A DNA stretch of 64,000 nt from Vicugna vicugna. Its lineage: Eukaryota. Location of the stretch: contig MU058423.1 in the NCBI GenBank assembly GCA_013265495.1, positions 9,781,627 to 9,845,626 of the forward strand. The letters run 5' to 3'. The notes beneath the pieces were generated by a model. The model made no database searches, was not told the origin of the DNA, and was given only the letters and a program-made list of their open reading frames with translations. Shown one piece after another: positions 12,726 to 25,039 of this stretch; the stretch's first letter is position 1; every line of letters begins with the position of its first letter. Made by a program: the position numbers and the translations under genes.

Positions 12726-14049
12726 AAACATGTGAGCAATGGGGAAAAAAATGAAAATACATGAATGTCTGTAAATGATATCATCATATAACTAGAAATG
12801 CCAAGAAATTAACTGAAAAATCAATATAAGCAGTAAGAGAGCTCAGTAAGCTGAGCTGCCAAATAACCTAAATAATCTAAATAAATTGTCCAATTATCTA
12901 AAAGTCTCCTCATTATAATCAGCTGGAAAGGAAAGGGAAGGAAAACTATGTCACCTATAATAATATAAAGAGAAATTTCCAAGGATAAAACTTAAAATAA
13001 ATATATAAATGCATCCATACAGATAAACCATAGATTTTGAGCTATAAAAGAAGATCTGAATAAAAATAGATATCCTCTATTCTTCATTTGGGGTACTTAA
13101 ATTGGAAAGATATCGATTGCACTAAATTAATCTAAGCATTCAACACAATCTCAACAGGATGTTTGAAATTGTATTAAATGCTTCTAAAGTTCACCTGGAA
13201 GAACAATCATGGGGAAATTTTGAAACATTCCACAGGTTGGGTAGCACTAAAGCCGTGTGGTACCAGCCCCGGATGGACAGATCAATAGAAAGACCAGAAA
13301 TAAGAGATAAAGCCAAGCCTATAAAGGAGAATTTTAACATAAAGTATATAATAAAAATAGTATTTCAAATCAGTGGCAGAAAGATTATTCAATAAATAGC
13401 ACTAACCTAATAGGAAAACAAAGTCTCTAACAGCACATACCCAGAGCCTATTAATTTGGCTTCCCAGGTTCCTCTCCAACACTTCCTCTTCTCCCTTGTT
13501 TATTGCCTGTATGTAAGTGAAGCCATCACCACCTCTCTCCTGAACTACTACAACAGTCTTCTGAAAACTCTCCTCAGTTCCAGTTTTCTGCATTAATTTG
13601 TATTTTAATAAACACCGAAATGAACTATTCAGAGTTGGTAAAGATGGAAATTCAGAGCAAGAAACTTACATTCGTAGGAATTTTTAGGCAAGTTTTCTGA
13701 GACAGGTTAGTCATTCCATAATTTTACTTATGGATTGATTTTGAGGGCAATATTTTAACAATATCTCACCTATTACATGATTTCAGACCTAGAATGAAAA
13801 TTTGGAATATGATATGGAAAGCCCTCTGTGTCAAACTACAATCACCTCTTTATTAGTCTCTGATTTCACAATCAGAAATAACTTTGGTGTGAATAATATA
13901 TAGTAGGAAATGATATGGAAGCATTTACCTTGGCTTGGAATAAATTATATGATATTCTGGGAACTAGGGTTTTTTTTTTTTTAATAATCACCTTTTGCAA
14001 TATGTTCACATTAAAATGTGTAACATTTCCCAGGAAACAAACTAGACCT

Positions 14050-14175
14050 TGGAACTGACAAAGTGTGGTCCTCTGACTAACTGTATCATCATTCCCTGGA
14101 GACTCGTAGGAAATGCAGACCCTAAGCAACACATCAGACTTTGAATTTGTGCAAAATTGTCATGACATTCTTGAG
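14050..14175. mobile_element. MER5-like hAT-Charlie DNA transposon remnant
   Basis: caaagtgtggtcc...catcattccctggagactcgtaggaaatgcaga. Confidence 0.55.
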
Positions 14176-14675
14176 AAGATTAATATTTAAGAGTTAAATA
14201 TTAATTTCAACTTATAACTAGTTTAATGCAAGATTATTTCCTGGGGTAACCCCAGCTCAAATTCACCATTTGAAATTTCTATTCTACAACACAAAGTCAC
14301 AGGGAATTCTCAACTCAGTCATCCTTCTGTCTGTCTCTTCCTCTCTACTCCTACACCAAATGTTGAAATTAATATTTATCACAGGAAATGAGAATTGATG
14401 GAGAAGCTCCCCCCTCTTTTCCCTTTTCTATCATATCAAGCTTTATCAGACATCAGCTGTAATCACCCCAAATACAAATGTCAATATTGCAAGATGTAGT
14501 ATATTTTTTCTTCTTTCTAGAAGAAACTAGATTTTGCTTTTAATCATTTCAAGCTATATTTCATTGTTAACTCTAGACTATTTTTTTAATTGCTAATGGT
14601 ATTTTTTAAAAAGAATTTATAATGGAAACATTGTGCAAGCATGAAAATATTGGAAAAATCTACCTCAGTATGTCT

Positions 14676-14738
14676 AGAGGGAGGCCAAGATGGCAGAGTA
14701 GAAGGACACTCATAGCTCACCCACTTCCACAAGTACAC
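14676..14738 (+). mobile_element. 63-bp LINE-1 5' terminus flanked by a 10-bp direct repeat
   Basis: gagggaggccaagatggcagagtagaaggac...agctcac; cagtatgtct at 14666-14675 and 14739-14748. Confidence 0.75.
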
Positions 14739-15514
14739 CAGTATGTCTGTGTGTTACTCCGTATCGTAGCTCTAGTGTCTAGTGGCAACTGTAATTTCAG
14801 TTTATGAAAGACCTTGAAAGTAGTATAAATTTGCACTATATGTGCCAAATACTCAGAATATGTGTTTGAACTTGTCTATCATATACATATACATATGTAT
14901 TTTCTCCCAGAAGAGATGTTTTTTAAAATTTTATCCCTTCACTCAAAGTAACCTTGGAAAATAACTATGGGTGTGCATTTGAAGGATAAGCATTTTCTAA
15001 TCTTTCAACTGTTGTCACAGGAGGAAATTGCTTATTGGTATCATGTATGTCATTTAAAAGCAGGTGATCTGCTCAGTAAGATAAATCTTGGCCATATGTT
15101 GGTAGCCTGAAAAGAAAAAGGGTTGTAAGGAGAAAATATATTGTGAAAATAAGGCACTTACAAAATTGTTCAAGCTGTCATCATTTTATGGGTTTGGTAA
15201 AGGTAAACATAAGATGTATATATGTTGTTCTGGAAGTTGAAGTACACAATGATTTTTATTTCTTATAACAATATCTCTTTTCAACTACTGGAGAGTTTTC
15301 TCGATGTGTTTCTTAGACTATGAAACAGGGAAGGACATCTTTTTGTTCCAAAGGGAAACTTCAGATTAAATAATTCCTGGAGAGGAGGCATAGGGACTTT
15401 ATGGAGGGTGGAAAGAACTAGTGTTGCAGATCTCCCAACCACAGGATGGGGGCACTGGGTGAGCCCAGAGAAGGAAATGGCATCACACCCAGGCAGTCAA
15501 AGCTTTGGGGCCAC

Positions 15515-15800
15515 ATGGACAATGGGACTCCCACAGTTATACTCCATCTGCATTTACTTGTTCATTCTTTCAGCACCTGTGTACCGAACACCTGCACAAT
15601 TCTAGGTGCTGTTCCATGCACTCGAGACGAAGCACTGAACAAGACAGACAAAATTGTCCTCAAGAAGCTGTCATTCTAGTGGAAGGAGACAAACAAAAAT
15701 AAATCGACAAAACACAAAATACATAGAATATTAGATAATGAGTGCTACGGGGGGAAAGTAAAGCAGGAGAGGAGCATAGGCAGTGGCGGGGGGGGGGTCC
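15515..15800 (-). mobile_element. L2 3' fragment
   Basis: ttcattctttcagcacc...gcactgaacaagacagacaaaattgtcctcaagaagctgtcattctagtgg. Confidence 0.7.
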
Positions 15801-15939
15801 TCTTTAAATATGGCGTCTGTTGCTCTTCAAGAACCAGCCGGATGTTGACAACATGAGAGACATAGTTAGAGATTTTGTGTTTTAAGACTAATTTCTTTTT
15901 CATTTATTTATCATTCAGCTTTTTAAAAAGTATATTCTT

Positions 15940-16720
15940 GATTGTATAATGCCTCTCCTCACAATCCTTTAAAGATTCACTATCTTTCTCAGTATAAAAT
16001 CCAAATTTTTTACCATGGCCTGCAAAACCACTTCATGATCCGGTCTTACGGTCACTGTCTGGCTTCACCCTCTACCATTCTCCTGCTCGCTCAGCTCCAG
16101 CCACCATGGCCTCTCTGCTACTCCTGACACACTCACTCTTGTCTGAGGGCCTTTGCACAGCTGCTCGAGGTTCACCCATTGGAGGTTCACCCTCCAGGTC
16201 TAAATGCCTTGTTCTCTTGCTTAGTTTTGGTCTGTGAACATTAATAGAAACCTCAACTGACATAGAACCAGGAGGCCAGAAGGGGGAGCTCTCACACCCT
16301 ACAAAGATGAAAGGGTCCAACAGGAAGAAGAAAGACTTCCTCTTCTTTCCTGGCAAGGGCTCAGCCAATGAGAGTGTCACAACTCAGACTGAAAAGCCAC
16401 CATACTTTGAACTCTCAATTCCTACAATGGACCCCTTATTTATTATAGCTCTCCCAGCTGCCTTTTCCCCTTCTGTGAAAGAGTTCTACTCTCCGTGTCC
16501 TGTGGGGTTTGCTCATGTTTCACCATGACTGCAGATCCTAAATCACAATTCTTTGCTGATTCCAAATAAACCTATTTTTGCTGGAGAAATAACTAACAGT
16601 CCATTTGTTTAAGGTCAACATGTCTTTCTTCAATATGACATATCCTTTACACCTCCTACCAAAAAACAAAACAAAACAAAACAAAAACTAACAAAAACAC
16701 CTTCCACTCCATTAATTTGT
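15940..16720 (+). mobile_element. L2 fragment interrupted by an LTR
   Basis: taaaatccaaattttttaccatggcc...gggcctttgcacagctgct. Confidence 0.6.
16233..16620 (+). mobile_element. ERV1-type solo LTR
   Basis: TG...CA termini (tgtgaac ... ggtcaaca), CCAAT box, AATAAA near 16565; flanks GGTC/TGTC as an imperfect 4-bp TSD. Confidence 0.75.
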
Positions 16721-16994
16721 TCTCTTGCTGAAGCTCAATTTTATTAATCAATAGAGACTGAGGATTTACATCCTTAAGTTGGACAGTCCATGTAGGACTT
16801 CTCTGCGTAGGTGACACTTCAGCTGAGAATCAAATGACAAAGATTGATTCAGCCCTATGAAAAGCAGGAGGAGTGTTTTCTAGGCAAACGGAAATTGGTC
16901 TACAAAGTCTAAAGCTTGAACAGTTTGAATTACAAAACCATGAATGTGGCTGGAGGAAGGAGAGTGAAGGAGAACTAGTTTTTAGATAAAGTTA

Positions 16995-17760
16995 TGTGAT
17001 ATTGTAATTTATAAGAAATTTATATTTGGTCTTTCAGATGACTAAAATATATTTTTCATATATATCTGGTCTCCTTGCAAGGTTCAGTGATAAGAGCAAT
17101 GGGAGTATCTTTAGTTAGACTCTTTGGTCTTGTCCTCAGTTCCAGAAATCTGCCTCAGGGCTGTCGATGTGAAATGGGTGTCTTGTTATTCATGACAAGT
17201 CCATTTCCACCACAATTGAGTTTATGTAAATGAGATGAATTTTGGAAAGCATCTAAGGATGGGGACTGGTTACCAAGGGAACCAACCTAGAATAAAAGGG
17301 TGGAAATTTTAGTCCTAACCTCTGATTTCCTGGGAGAGAGGAGGGGCTGGAGGCTGAATCAATTGCCAATAGACAATGATTTAATCAATTATGTCTGTAT
17401 TAGAAAGTCTCCATGAAAACCTAAAGGACTAGGTTCAGAGAGCTTCTGGGTTGGTGAGAACATGGAGGTGCTGGGAAAACAGCACTCCTGGAGAGGACAT
17501 GGATGCTCCACGTCCTTTCCGCACACCTTTCCTATGCATCTCTTCTGTCTGACCGTGCCTGAGTTACATACTTTCTAATAAACTGGTGATCTAATAAGTA
17601 AAATGTTTCTCTGAATTGTGTGAGAGCCATTCTAGCAAATTAACTGAACCCAAGGAGAAGATCTTGAGAACTTCTGATTTGTGGACAGTTGGTCAGAAGT
17701 ACAAATAACTACATGGATTTGCAACTGGCACCTGAGGTCCAGGGCAGCCTTGTAGGACTG
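16995..17760 (+). mobile_element. MER21-like LTR, 3'-truncated
   Basis: Starts tgtgatattgtaatttataagaaatttatatttggtc; contains ggttcagagagcttctgggttggtga and aataaactggt. Confidence 0.8.
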
Positions 17761-17989
17761 CTTTTTCCTTTTCAAGAAAACAATACCTAGGGTAAAGTGG
17801 AGGAAAAGGGAGTAGGGCCTGGAGACAGAAAATCAGGTCGTAATTATGGTTATGCTGTGTAGAGCCTTGATATTTAGCAAACTATTAACTCCTATAAATC
17901 TCATTGTTATTATCTGCAAAAGGGGTCTTAGGTAAACACCTGGTTTATAAGGCTGCCATTGTAGCGTTCACAATGAAAACAATGAACAA

Positions 17990-18520
17990 ACGTAAATCAT
18001 GCTAATTGATGATAAGGACTACCAGGCAAAGGGGAGTGAGGTGGTCTGGCTGGGCAGGGCAGTGGAAGGAGGTGTGCCCTTTTACACATATTGATCTGAG
18101 AGGGCCTCCGGAAGAAACGGCATTTGAGCAGAGACTTGAATGAACCGTTGGACCAAGCCATACAGTTTTCCATATGCCGGAAATATGCTTCCGGCAAAGG
18201 AACAGCAAATACAGAGGTCCTGAGAACACGGTGTAATGGGAGAACAGGAAGGGAAGCCGGTGTAGCTGAAGGAGAAGGACCAAAAACTGAAAACAGTACC
18301 AGCGAGGAAGCTGCCCTGGGGATGGGGGGACAGACAAGGGAGGGTCTCGTAAGTTGTGATAAGGACTCTGGATTTTACCATGAGAGATTTGAGAAAGCAC
18401 TGGACGGTTTTGAGCAGAGAAGTGACATAAGATAACCTATTTCTCACAGCGAGGGGTCATGAGTAGAAGCGAGGAAATCCGTTGGAAGTTTATTGCTACA
18501 GTTCCGCTGAAACACAGTGC
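17990..18520 (-). mobile_element. L2 fragment
   Basis: catttgagcagagacttgaatga, ggaacagcaaatacagaggtcctgag, ttttgagcagagaagtgacat. Confidence 0.8.
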
Positions 18521-20314
18521 CGCACTGCAGATTTTACCTGTCAAAAGTAATGTAAATATTTACTATTACAGTTTCCATTTCCTCCATTCCAGCCAAAGGA
18601 ACTCATTTTAGCTCTGAGTATTTTTCCCTGTTTCTTGCTAGATCCAGGAAGGGAAGGGGAAGAGAGGCTTGGCTGACAAAATGTAATTCTCATTAAAACT
18701 AATTTTTGTGATCGAATCCCCATGGTAATCCAGGCTCTGGTCCGCCTTAATAATGATGCATAGTTGTTACTGCTTGAAAATGACTAGGGTGTCAGAAATC
18801 ACAAGGAGATATTTTGCAATTTGCTTTTTTTACTTCGCAAGTGCAAAGTTTTCCTTCTCAGATAGAGGCAAGTAAGAAACATACATTCTCCTGGGCCACA
18901 TTTCCTTGATGCATGCGCCTGTAATGAAAAGCACCTTGCTGAGGGAGGGCTAGAAAAAAAAGCTGGATTAAAGAATATTTTCTTATAAACTTTATGAAAA
19001 CATTATCAGGTTAATAAAAAAATACAGTATAAACCCCTAATTTTTAAATAGCGTATTAGTACTTGCGCTATATGGCCATAATGGGTGTTGCCACGACACA
19101 ATTATAGATACATGGTAGCCGTAAGCTATCGCACTGGGGCTGATTAACGTAGTTATTCAAATTTCAAAAATATGACAATCTTCATAAAGTGTTGCCCTGT
19201 TTTCTTGTCTCTAAATACTTCTTTTAATGCTCGGTGTTTTGCAAAGGTGAACAATGAGAATATGCTTTAGTTGTTTATTTTTCAGTCCTCAACATAAACC
19301 TGATTTGGTGCAAAAGCTCTGCTCCAAGACTGGCTTAAGTGCCACATACCCCGCAACCTATGATCTTCTAAAGTCCCAGGTTTAGGGAAAGCAGCAGCGG
19401 AAAATATTATTTCAGACACAGTTAAACAAAACAAGACAAAGCAACACACTGCGCCTACTTCGGTTGTTACAAAACACAGTGACCTTACTTGCCCTTCTTT
19501 TTAAAAGAGGCGGGCTTTCAGACGTGTCATTTTCCATAGCTGCTCACCGCTCACTGGCACTCTTCCTGCCACCTCCTCTTACAATATTTGCCACCACCAC
19601 ACAGACTTCTGTGTTACAGGAAACCACCCTTCCAAAAAATTACCATTTCCCAAATTTCGCTGAAATGACTCAGAAGCTGCCCTATTTTCTCTTTGCTGCC
19701 AAACTGCTCTTATTTCTCTACAATTTCCTTTTTTAGAAAGTTTAGAGCTGCAAGTATTCCACTCCTAGCTCTCCTTCTCCTCTAGCAATTCTGTGAATAG
19801 GTATGCTATCACTCCAGGTGCTCCGCAGCATTTCGGTCAGTAAAGCCATCGACTATATACGGACAGACATGAGGACAAGGGGGAGTAAGGGTGTGGACCC
19901 AGGAGTCAGGACAGAGACAGGGAGCAGTAGAAGAATCAATATAGGTGTGCGGACTTTTATTTCTATATTTCCCACAGAAAAGTTACTGTAGAAAAGGAAT
20001 CCATTTTCTAATAAACAAAGCAGCCAAACTTGATGCAAAACACAACTGGAAATCCAGGATATGCTTTCTGCTCATTGGAACGTTTTAATGGTTAACAAAA
20101 GCCAGTATTATGTTAAATTATCTTCATGGGCGTAGCCTATGCCTGTTATTGGATCTATTTGCTTGTCCTAATGATTTTTGGGTAGAAAAAAATTATAGGA
20201 GGGGAATCCAAAGATAGGAGTTTAAGCTTTAGTTGTATGACTTTCATCAGTGATTTAAATTTTTTTTTGCTTCCTGGTTTTCCTTTATTTTTAAACATGT
20301 AAAAATTTAATACC

Positions 20315-20410
20315 ATATAGGTATATGGTATATATATTATATGATATAATATATCATATATTTTGTACATCACATACTGTTTTATAGGTGATATATATAT
20401 ATATATAACA
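20315..20410. repeat. Degenerate (TA)n-rich tract
   Basis: Directly visible. Confidence 0.7.
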
Positions 20411-21559
20411 TAGGATTAATATAAAAATTAAATAAATTAAAAATGTAAAGGTCTTTGGAAACCAGCAAAATATTTAATATAAACCCTTGCTTTGTTTATT
20501 TTATTTTTACCTCTGGGACAAAAATTAGCAAGGCTCTCCAGACAGGAAGAGCAGAATTATCCGGATTTAGGAGGACAAGAATGTTGCACAGCGTCTTCTG
20601 GATTCCATCGTGTACTATGTACACAACTTATTTTAGTTCTTTCTAGTATTTTTCGCTTAAAGTAAGCTTTCTTAAACTAAGGCACCTTTTCAAAAAAGAG
20701 GTCTATTTGTCTGTTGTGGACAGAATAGGAGAGACGAAAGGCAAGCTGTTCTCCACATTGACTGCGTCAGACGCTGCGCTATGGCTTCGTATTTCCAGGT
20801 GGTACACAGCGCTGTTTGACAAGTGCTCCTTCCCCACCCCTAAGCCCCCTGTGGGGCTGGGGGGCGGCACTTCCTCAACCCCCAGGTGTAGCCCTGGCCG
20901 TGGTACTTGCCTTGTCCAATAGGTGGGAGCCAGAGTGTGCCCGTTCCAAACTTAGCCCTCAAGAGACAACAGCTCCCCCACTGCTCTTTCTGGGAGCTTG
21001 GACCTTCGGTGTGAGAAGAACAGGCCCCAGGTATGTCCTGCTCCTCCTGTCTGGGCCCCAGAAACTGACACGTGAGGCACAGCTCCTTCCCCAGCCTAGC
21101 CGCGGGTCTGTGAGCCAGAGGCTAAATGACTGATTGGGGGTGTTTGATAGGCTGCATTATTATGACAAGACCTAATTATTCAAGGCATTTCTATTATGAC
21201 TTCCTGCTAAAGCTTTCTGAAAGTATGAGACCCAAAGGGTTCTTCTGACTCTTTGTCCCCAAATCCAGTGTTTGGAAGAGCCCAGCTGAGGGAAATGTGG
21301 AGTCTCCAGAGCAGGACACTCATATCCAGATCCTTCATCCTGTGGGGGTGAGGGGACAGGGCTAGAGGCAGAGGGAAGAAAGACCAAAGGCTCCCAGTTT
21401 AGAATGTGAGGTAGTTGAAATCCACCGAATTGAGGAAAAATACCAGTTAATTCAGTTTAAGCTCTGTGAAGAGGAATCACAGGGTTGAAGCAAGAGGCTA
21501 TTAGTGTTTAGGGACAATCCTTCTTCCTAAACTAGAAAATCAGAGATGAAAGGTGCCCC

Positions 21560-21600
21560 TACATGCGCGCGCACACACACACACACATACATGCATGCAC
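21560..21600. repeat. Alternating purine-pyrimidine tract, (GC)n(AC)n
   Basis: tacatgcgcgcgcacacacacacacacatacatgcatgcac. Confidence 0.9.
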
Positions 21601-21687
21601 TTGACTTACCTATTACACCCATGGCCAAGCAGAGTGTGGCTGCAGCCTTAGGAAAAGGAGGGGAGCAGCTCATCAGGCAATCTTGCT

Positions 21688-22176
21688 TCTAACGGGGTTC
21701 AGGACTTGCTACCCCAACCTGCAGCCCCTTGGCATATTGACTATTTCAAGCTGAAGGCATTCCAGAAATGACAGTTGCAGGAAGGATTCTTTTGACTTTC
21801 TCTTAAAGCAAGTCATAAGATCCTCATGTGAGAGGTGCCATTCCTATTCCTGGAGGAAAGGCTACCTTCATCTCCAAAGGTGGCAGGATGCAGAGGGGAA
21901 TTGGAGAGAACGGACCTTGCTGAGTTTCCCCATTTTGTCCTGATGCCTGATGCCCCTTTTCGTCCTACCACATTTTCCCATGACTCTCCACTCTTCATCA
22001 AAGCTAGCATAAAAGCACTCAGGTTTCTTCATTTCCTTATGAAGTCTTTCCTGTGGCATCAAACTTATATTAAATAAATATGTATGCTTTTCTCTTGTTA
22101 ATCTGTCTGTTGTTACAGGGGACCCAGGCAAAAACTTAGAAGGGTAGAGAAAAACAGACGTTCCTTCTCCCTTACA
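21688..22176 (+). mobile_element. MER34/MER39-like ERV1 solo LTR
   Basis: ggggttcaggacttgctacccc start; ttaaataaatatgtatgcttttctcttgttaatctgtc...ccttaca end. Confidence 0.8.
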
Positions 22177-25039
22177 CGTACATCTTCATAAAACCACCCC
22201 ACCCCAAACCCATGGACCTTCTCTGGACCTTTCTGGAGAGCAGTAGAGATTTTACCCAGGAAGACTCCTAAATGAGTCACAATTAGACATTAATTAAATT
22301 GGACCCAAGGTAATGCTGTGCTCAAAGCCAAGAGTTTATTTTTTATTTATGTCCCGTTTTACACTATGGCTATCCATTTGAGCCAATGTAGCGATGAAAT
22401 TAAGATATTCTGATAATGAATAAAAGCATCCTACAGTTGAGACAAAATTTCTACTATAAACCTTGTCAAATTACCAAATTCTCAGGGAGAAATGTGAAAT
22501 CTCCTTGTAAGTCCGAAGCTAAAAGTCTAAAGTAAAGTTGAGGCTGATACCAGATTTTCTTGTCTAATGAATAAAATGTTCAAAACAATAAAAGCTTCAA
22601 ATCCATCTTCTAAAATGTCTTATTCTGCTCAGGCTCAGCTGGGAAAGTTTTCCATGTTGGGTGACATTGGGGTTCCCCGCAGCAGACCACCCGTTAAGGG
22701 AACGGCAGGCTATTTAGTTACCTAATCAGAAGTAGCTAGTCAGCGACATTACTCTAAAGAAGACCAAAGGATAAGTAGCTGTAATAATACATTCTCACGA
22801 TTTAAAAGGGAGTAAGTCACCAGTCCCTCCAGGCAAGGAGCCCTCCAGGGCAGCGTTAGGACACAGGACCCCTCTTGTACCCAGCGCTGATCACGCCAGC
22901 AGCTTGTCTCATCGGTATCTGGGGAAAGCAGGGAGTGGATGAAGAAAAATCTTGAGTTTAGCCTAATACCATACTAGTTTGCCAGAATCAATGACCAGTG
23001 AACTAAAATTCATTTCGGAGAAATCTCCTGGAAAGAGGTTAATTTTGGCAATTCTCATCTCTAGGAAAATCTAAAAAAAAATTTTTTTTCTTTTAATTTC
23101 CATTTTGCCTTTGAACGCTGAGCTTCTGGCATCGTCATGATGAACTGAGGTGTGAGTTCTAGCTACACGCCGCATTTGCCCCTCTTCGCCGTCGTGGCTG
23201 TGGTTAATGAGTTTTGCCGTGCACTTTCTCAGACCTGTGAATGATCTCTTAGGGAGGTTTTCTCCTCATCCTTGCATTTGTTCAAAAGAAGAAATCCCTT
23301 CCACAGAGCCTTGAATTACAGCTGCTGCGGATGCTGCTGCAGCTTGTGTCCCCAAGGGCTGAGACTGGCCAATCCCGCTGCCATATGCCCCACTGACAAT
23401 ACACAAATTAGATCCGAGGAAACCAAAGCCGCGGTCAGAGCTCGCGTAATTAACAAATTTGGACCCATTAGGGGCCACAGGGCAGGATGTGACTCTGGAG
23501 CCTTTGGACCAGGCACACACATTCGAGAAGTGTCTCTCCACAGAGCCATGGATGTAGATGGGATTTGGAGCAATTTTCTAACGCTACCTCTTTAGGTCTA
23601 GCAGTGGTAATTAAAGCCAAAAACTGACTAGTTCACGGGGACATCAGCTGCCTTGCAACCAATAGCAGCAAATATTATGCTGCCCACTGATGCCTGAAAA
23701 CCGCAGCACCCCATCTCAGCCTCCCCCGAGATGCCTGTAATTGTCCCCAGGTACTTCAAGCTGCAGCAGCCAAGGGCTTAAGAGCTCTGCCTGCCTTTTG
23801 GTTAAGCCCACTTGCCTGCCATCCCTCCTGTAAGAGAAGCTACTCACCTCTGGGCAAACCCGACATAGCCTCCAGTGAGCCCACGAGGTCAAAACCCTGC
23901 CTGGTTTAGCTGCCTGGTATATACAGCTCAGGGCTATTGGCTCAGACTGCAGCCATTAATAGCCGTGGATACACCTGCAAAAATGTGTTATGATGTACGC
24001 CAGCTCCTTGGGTCAAAACCCCACCTGGTCAGCACCTAGTCAAGCCTGAGTGAAGCTTTAAGATCCTCACTCTACCTACACCAGAAGTCTGAATTTTTTT
24101 AAGCCAAGTGCCAGACTGTGCTGGTCTTTCAGATTCTGGCCCATGTACCAAAACACTGCTTATTTATGAGATCACAGTGGGTTTTCTATCACTAAATATT
24201 ACCCGCCTCCCTACTCCCCCAAATTAAAAGCCTCATCCATCCAGTCACATTGTCCACATCAGACAACGGCTGCGTGCTGGAAGGACTTAGTATACACTAC
24301 AGGTTTATTGAGTGCTTGAGAGTAAACCAGGGGCACCTCCCTGCAGACAAGGCAATTCCAAGGAGAAAGGAGAGAGAAACGGGCAGTGCTAAACTTAATT
24401 GTTCCCACCAACCCACTACTGAGAAGAGAAGGTGCTGAGAGGCCAGAGTGCCTAGGAAAACTCAGACGGATGGGGGAGACGTATCACTGATCCCTCGAGT
24501 ATGGGTCCAAAGTTATTAATTTTTTTCCAAGCATCTTTTATCAAACAATTTTTTCTGCCACTGATTTGAAGTGCCATTTCTTCAATTACTAAATTTACAT
24601 TTATTCATGAGCCTGCAATTGTCCATTCATTCACCAATTCCAAACCAGCTGAATTACAAAAATGTTAAATACTGTATTTGAAATATTTTACTGGGTTATT
24701 CTCCTCTCTTGCTCCTTTCATTGCTTTGATGGATATTGTTAATTTTCCCAGATCAAAAAAAGAAATCATTTTGTGGTCTTCTGCTTGAGATCACATTGTG
24801 GATTTGGCATAGAATTCTGATACAATAATTGAACATTTTTATACAACTTACTTATTTTGAACTTCTTCCTTTCAAGTTCTAGATTTTGGGCTCCCAAAAG
24901 GCAAGGACCTCTTATTTTCACTTCTGCATTTCATACAGTAGTTTCTACACATGTTAAGTGATAGACGCAAAGAGCGTTTTCCAAATTTTTTTTTTTACAT
25001 CGGTGCCTTTTTTCTTTAGAAAAAAATTCCTCTACTTAG

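Larger units (their letters stand above)
11000..13430 (+). mobile_element. Ancient, highly degenerate LINE-1 ORF2 remnant
   Basis: A-rich strand with L1 RT-region phrases (atgaccaggtggaattatcc..gaat, tcaatagatactaaaaag, actcaacac, gtgtggtaccagc..ggacagatcaatag); no intact frame; left boundary uncertain. Confidence 0.65.

Noticed and set aside
2850..17760. Two MER21-like LTRs as the ends of one provirus
   Set aside because: Opposite orientation and clearly diverged; independent insertions
23134..23150. ATGATGA followed by CTGA as a C/D box snoRNA
   Set aside because: The boxes are adjacent, and I see no terminal stem or suitably spaced D box
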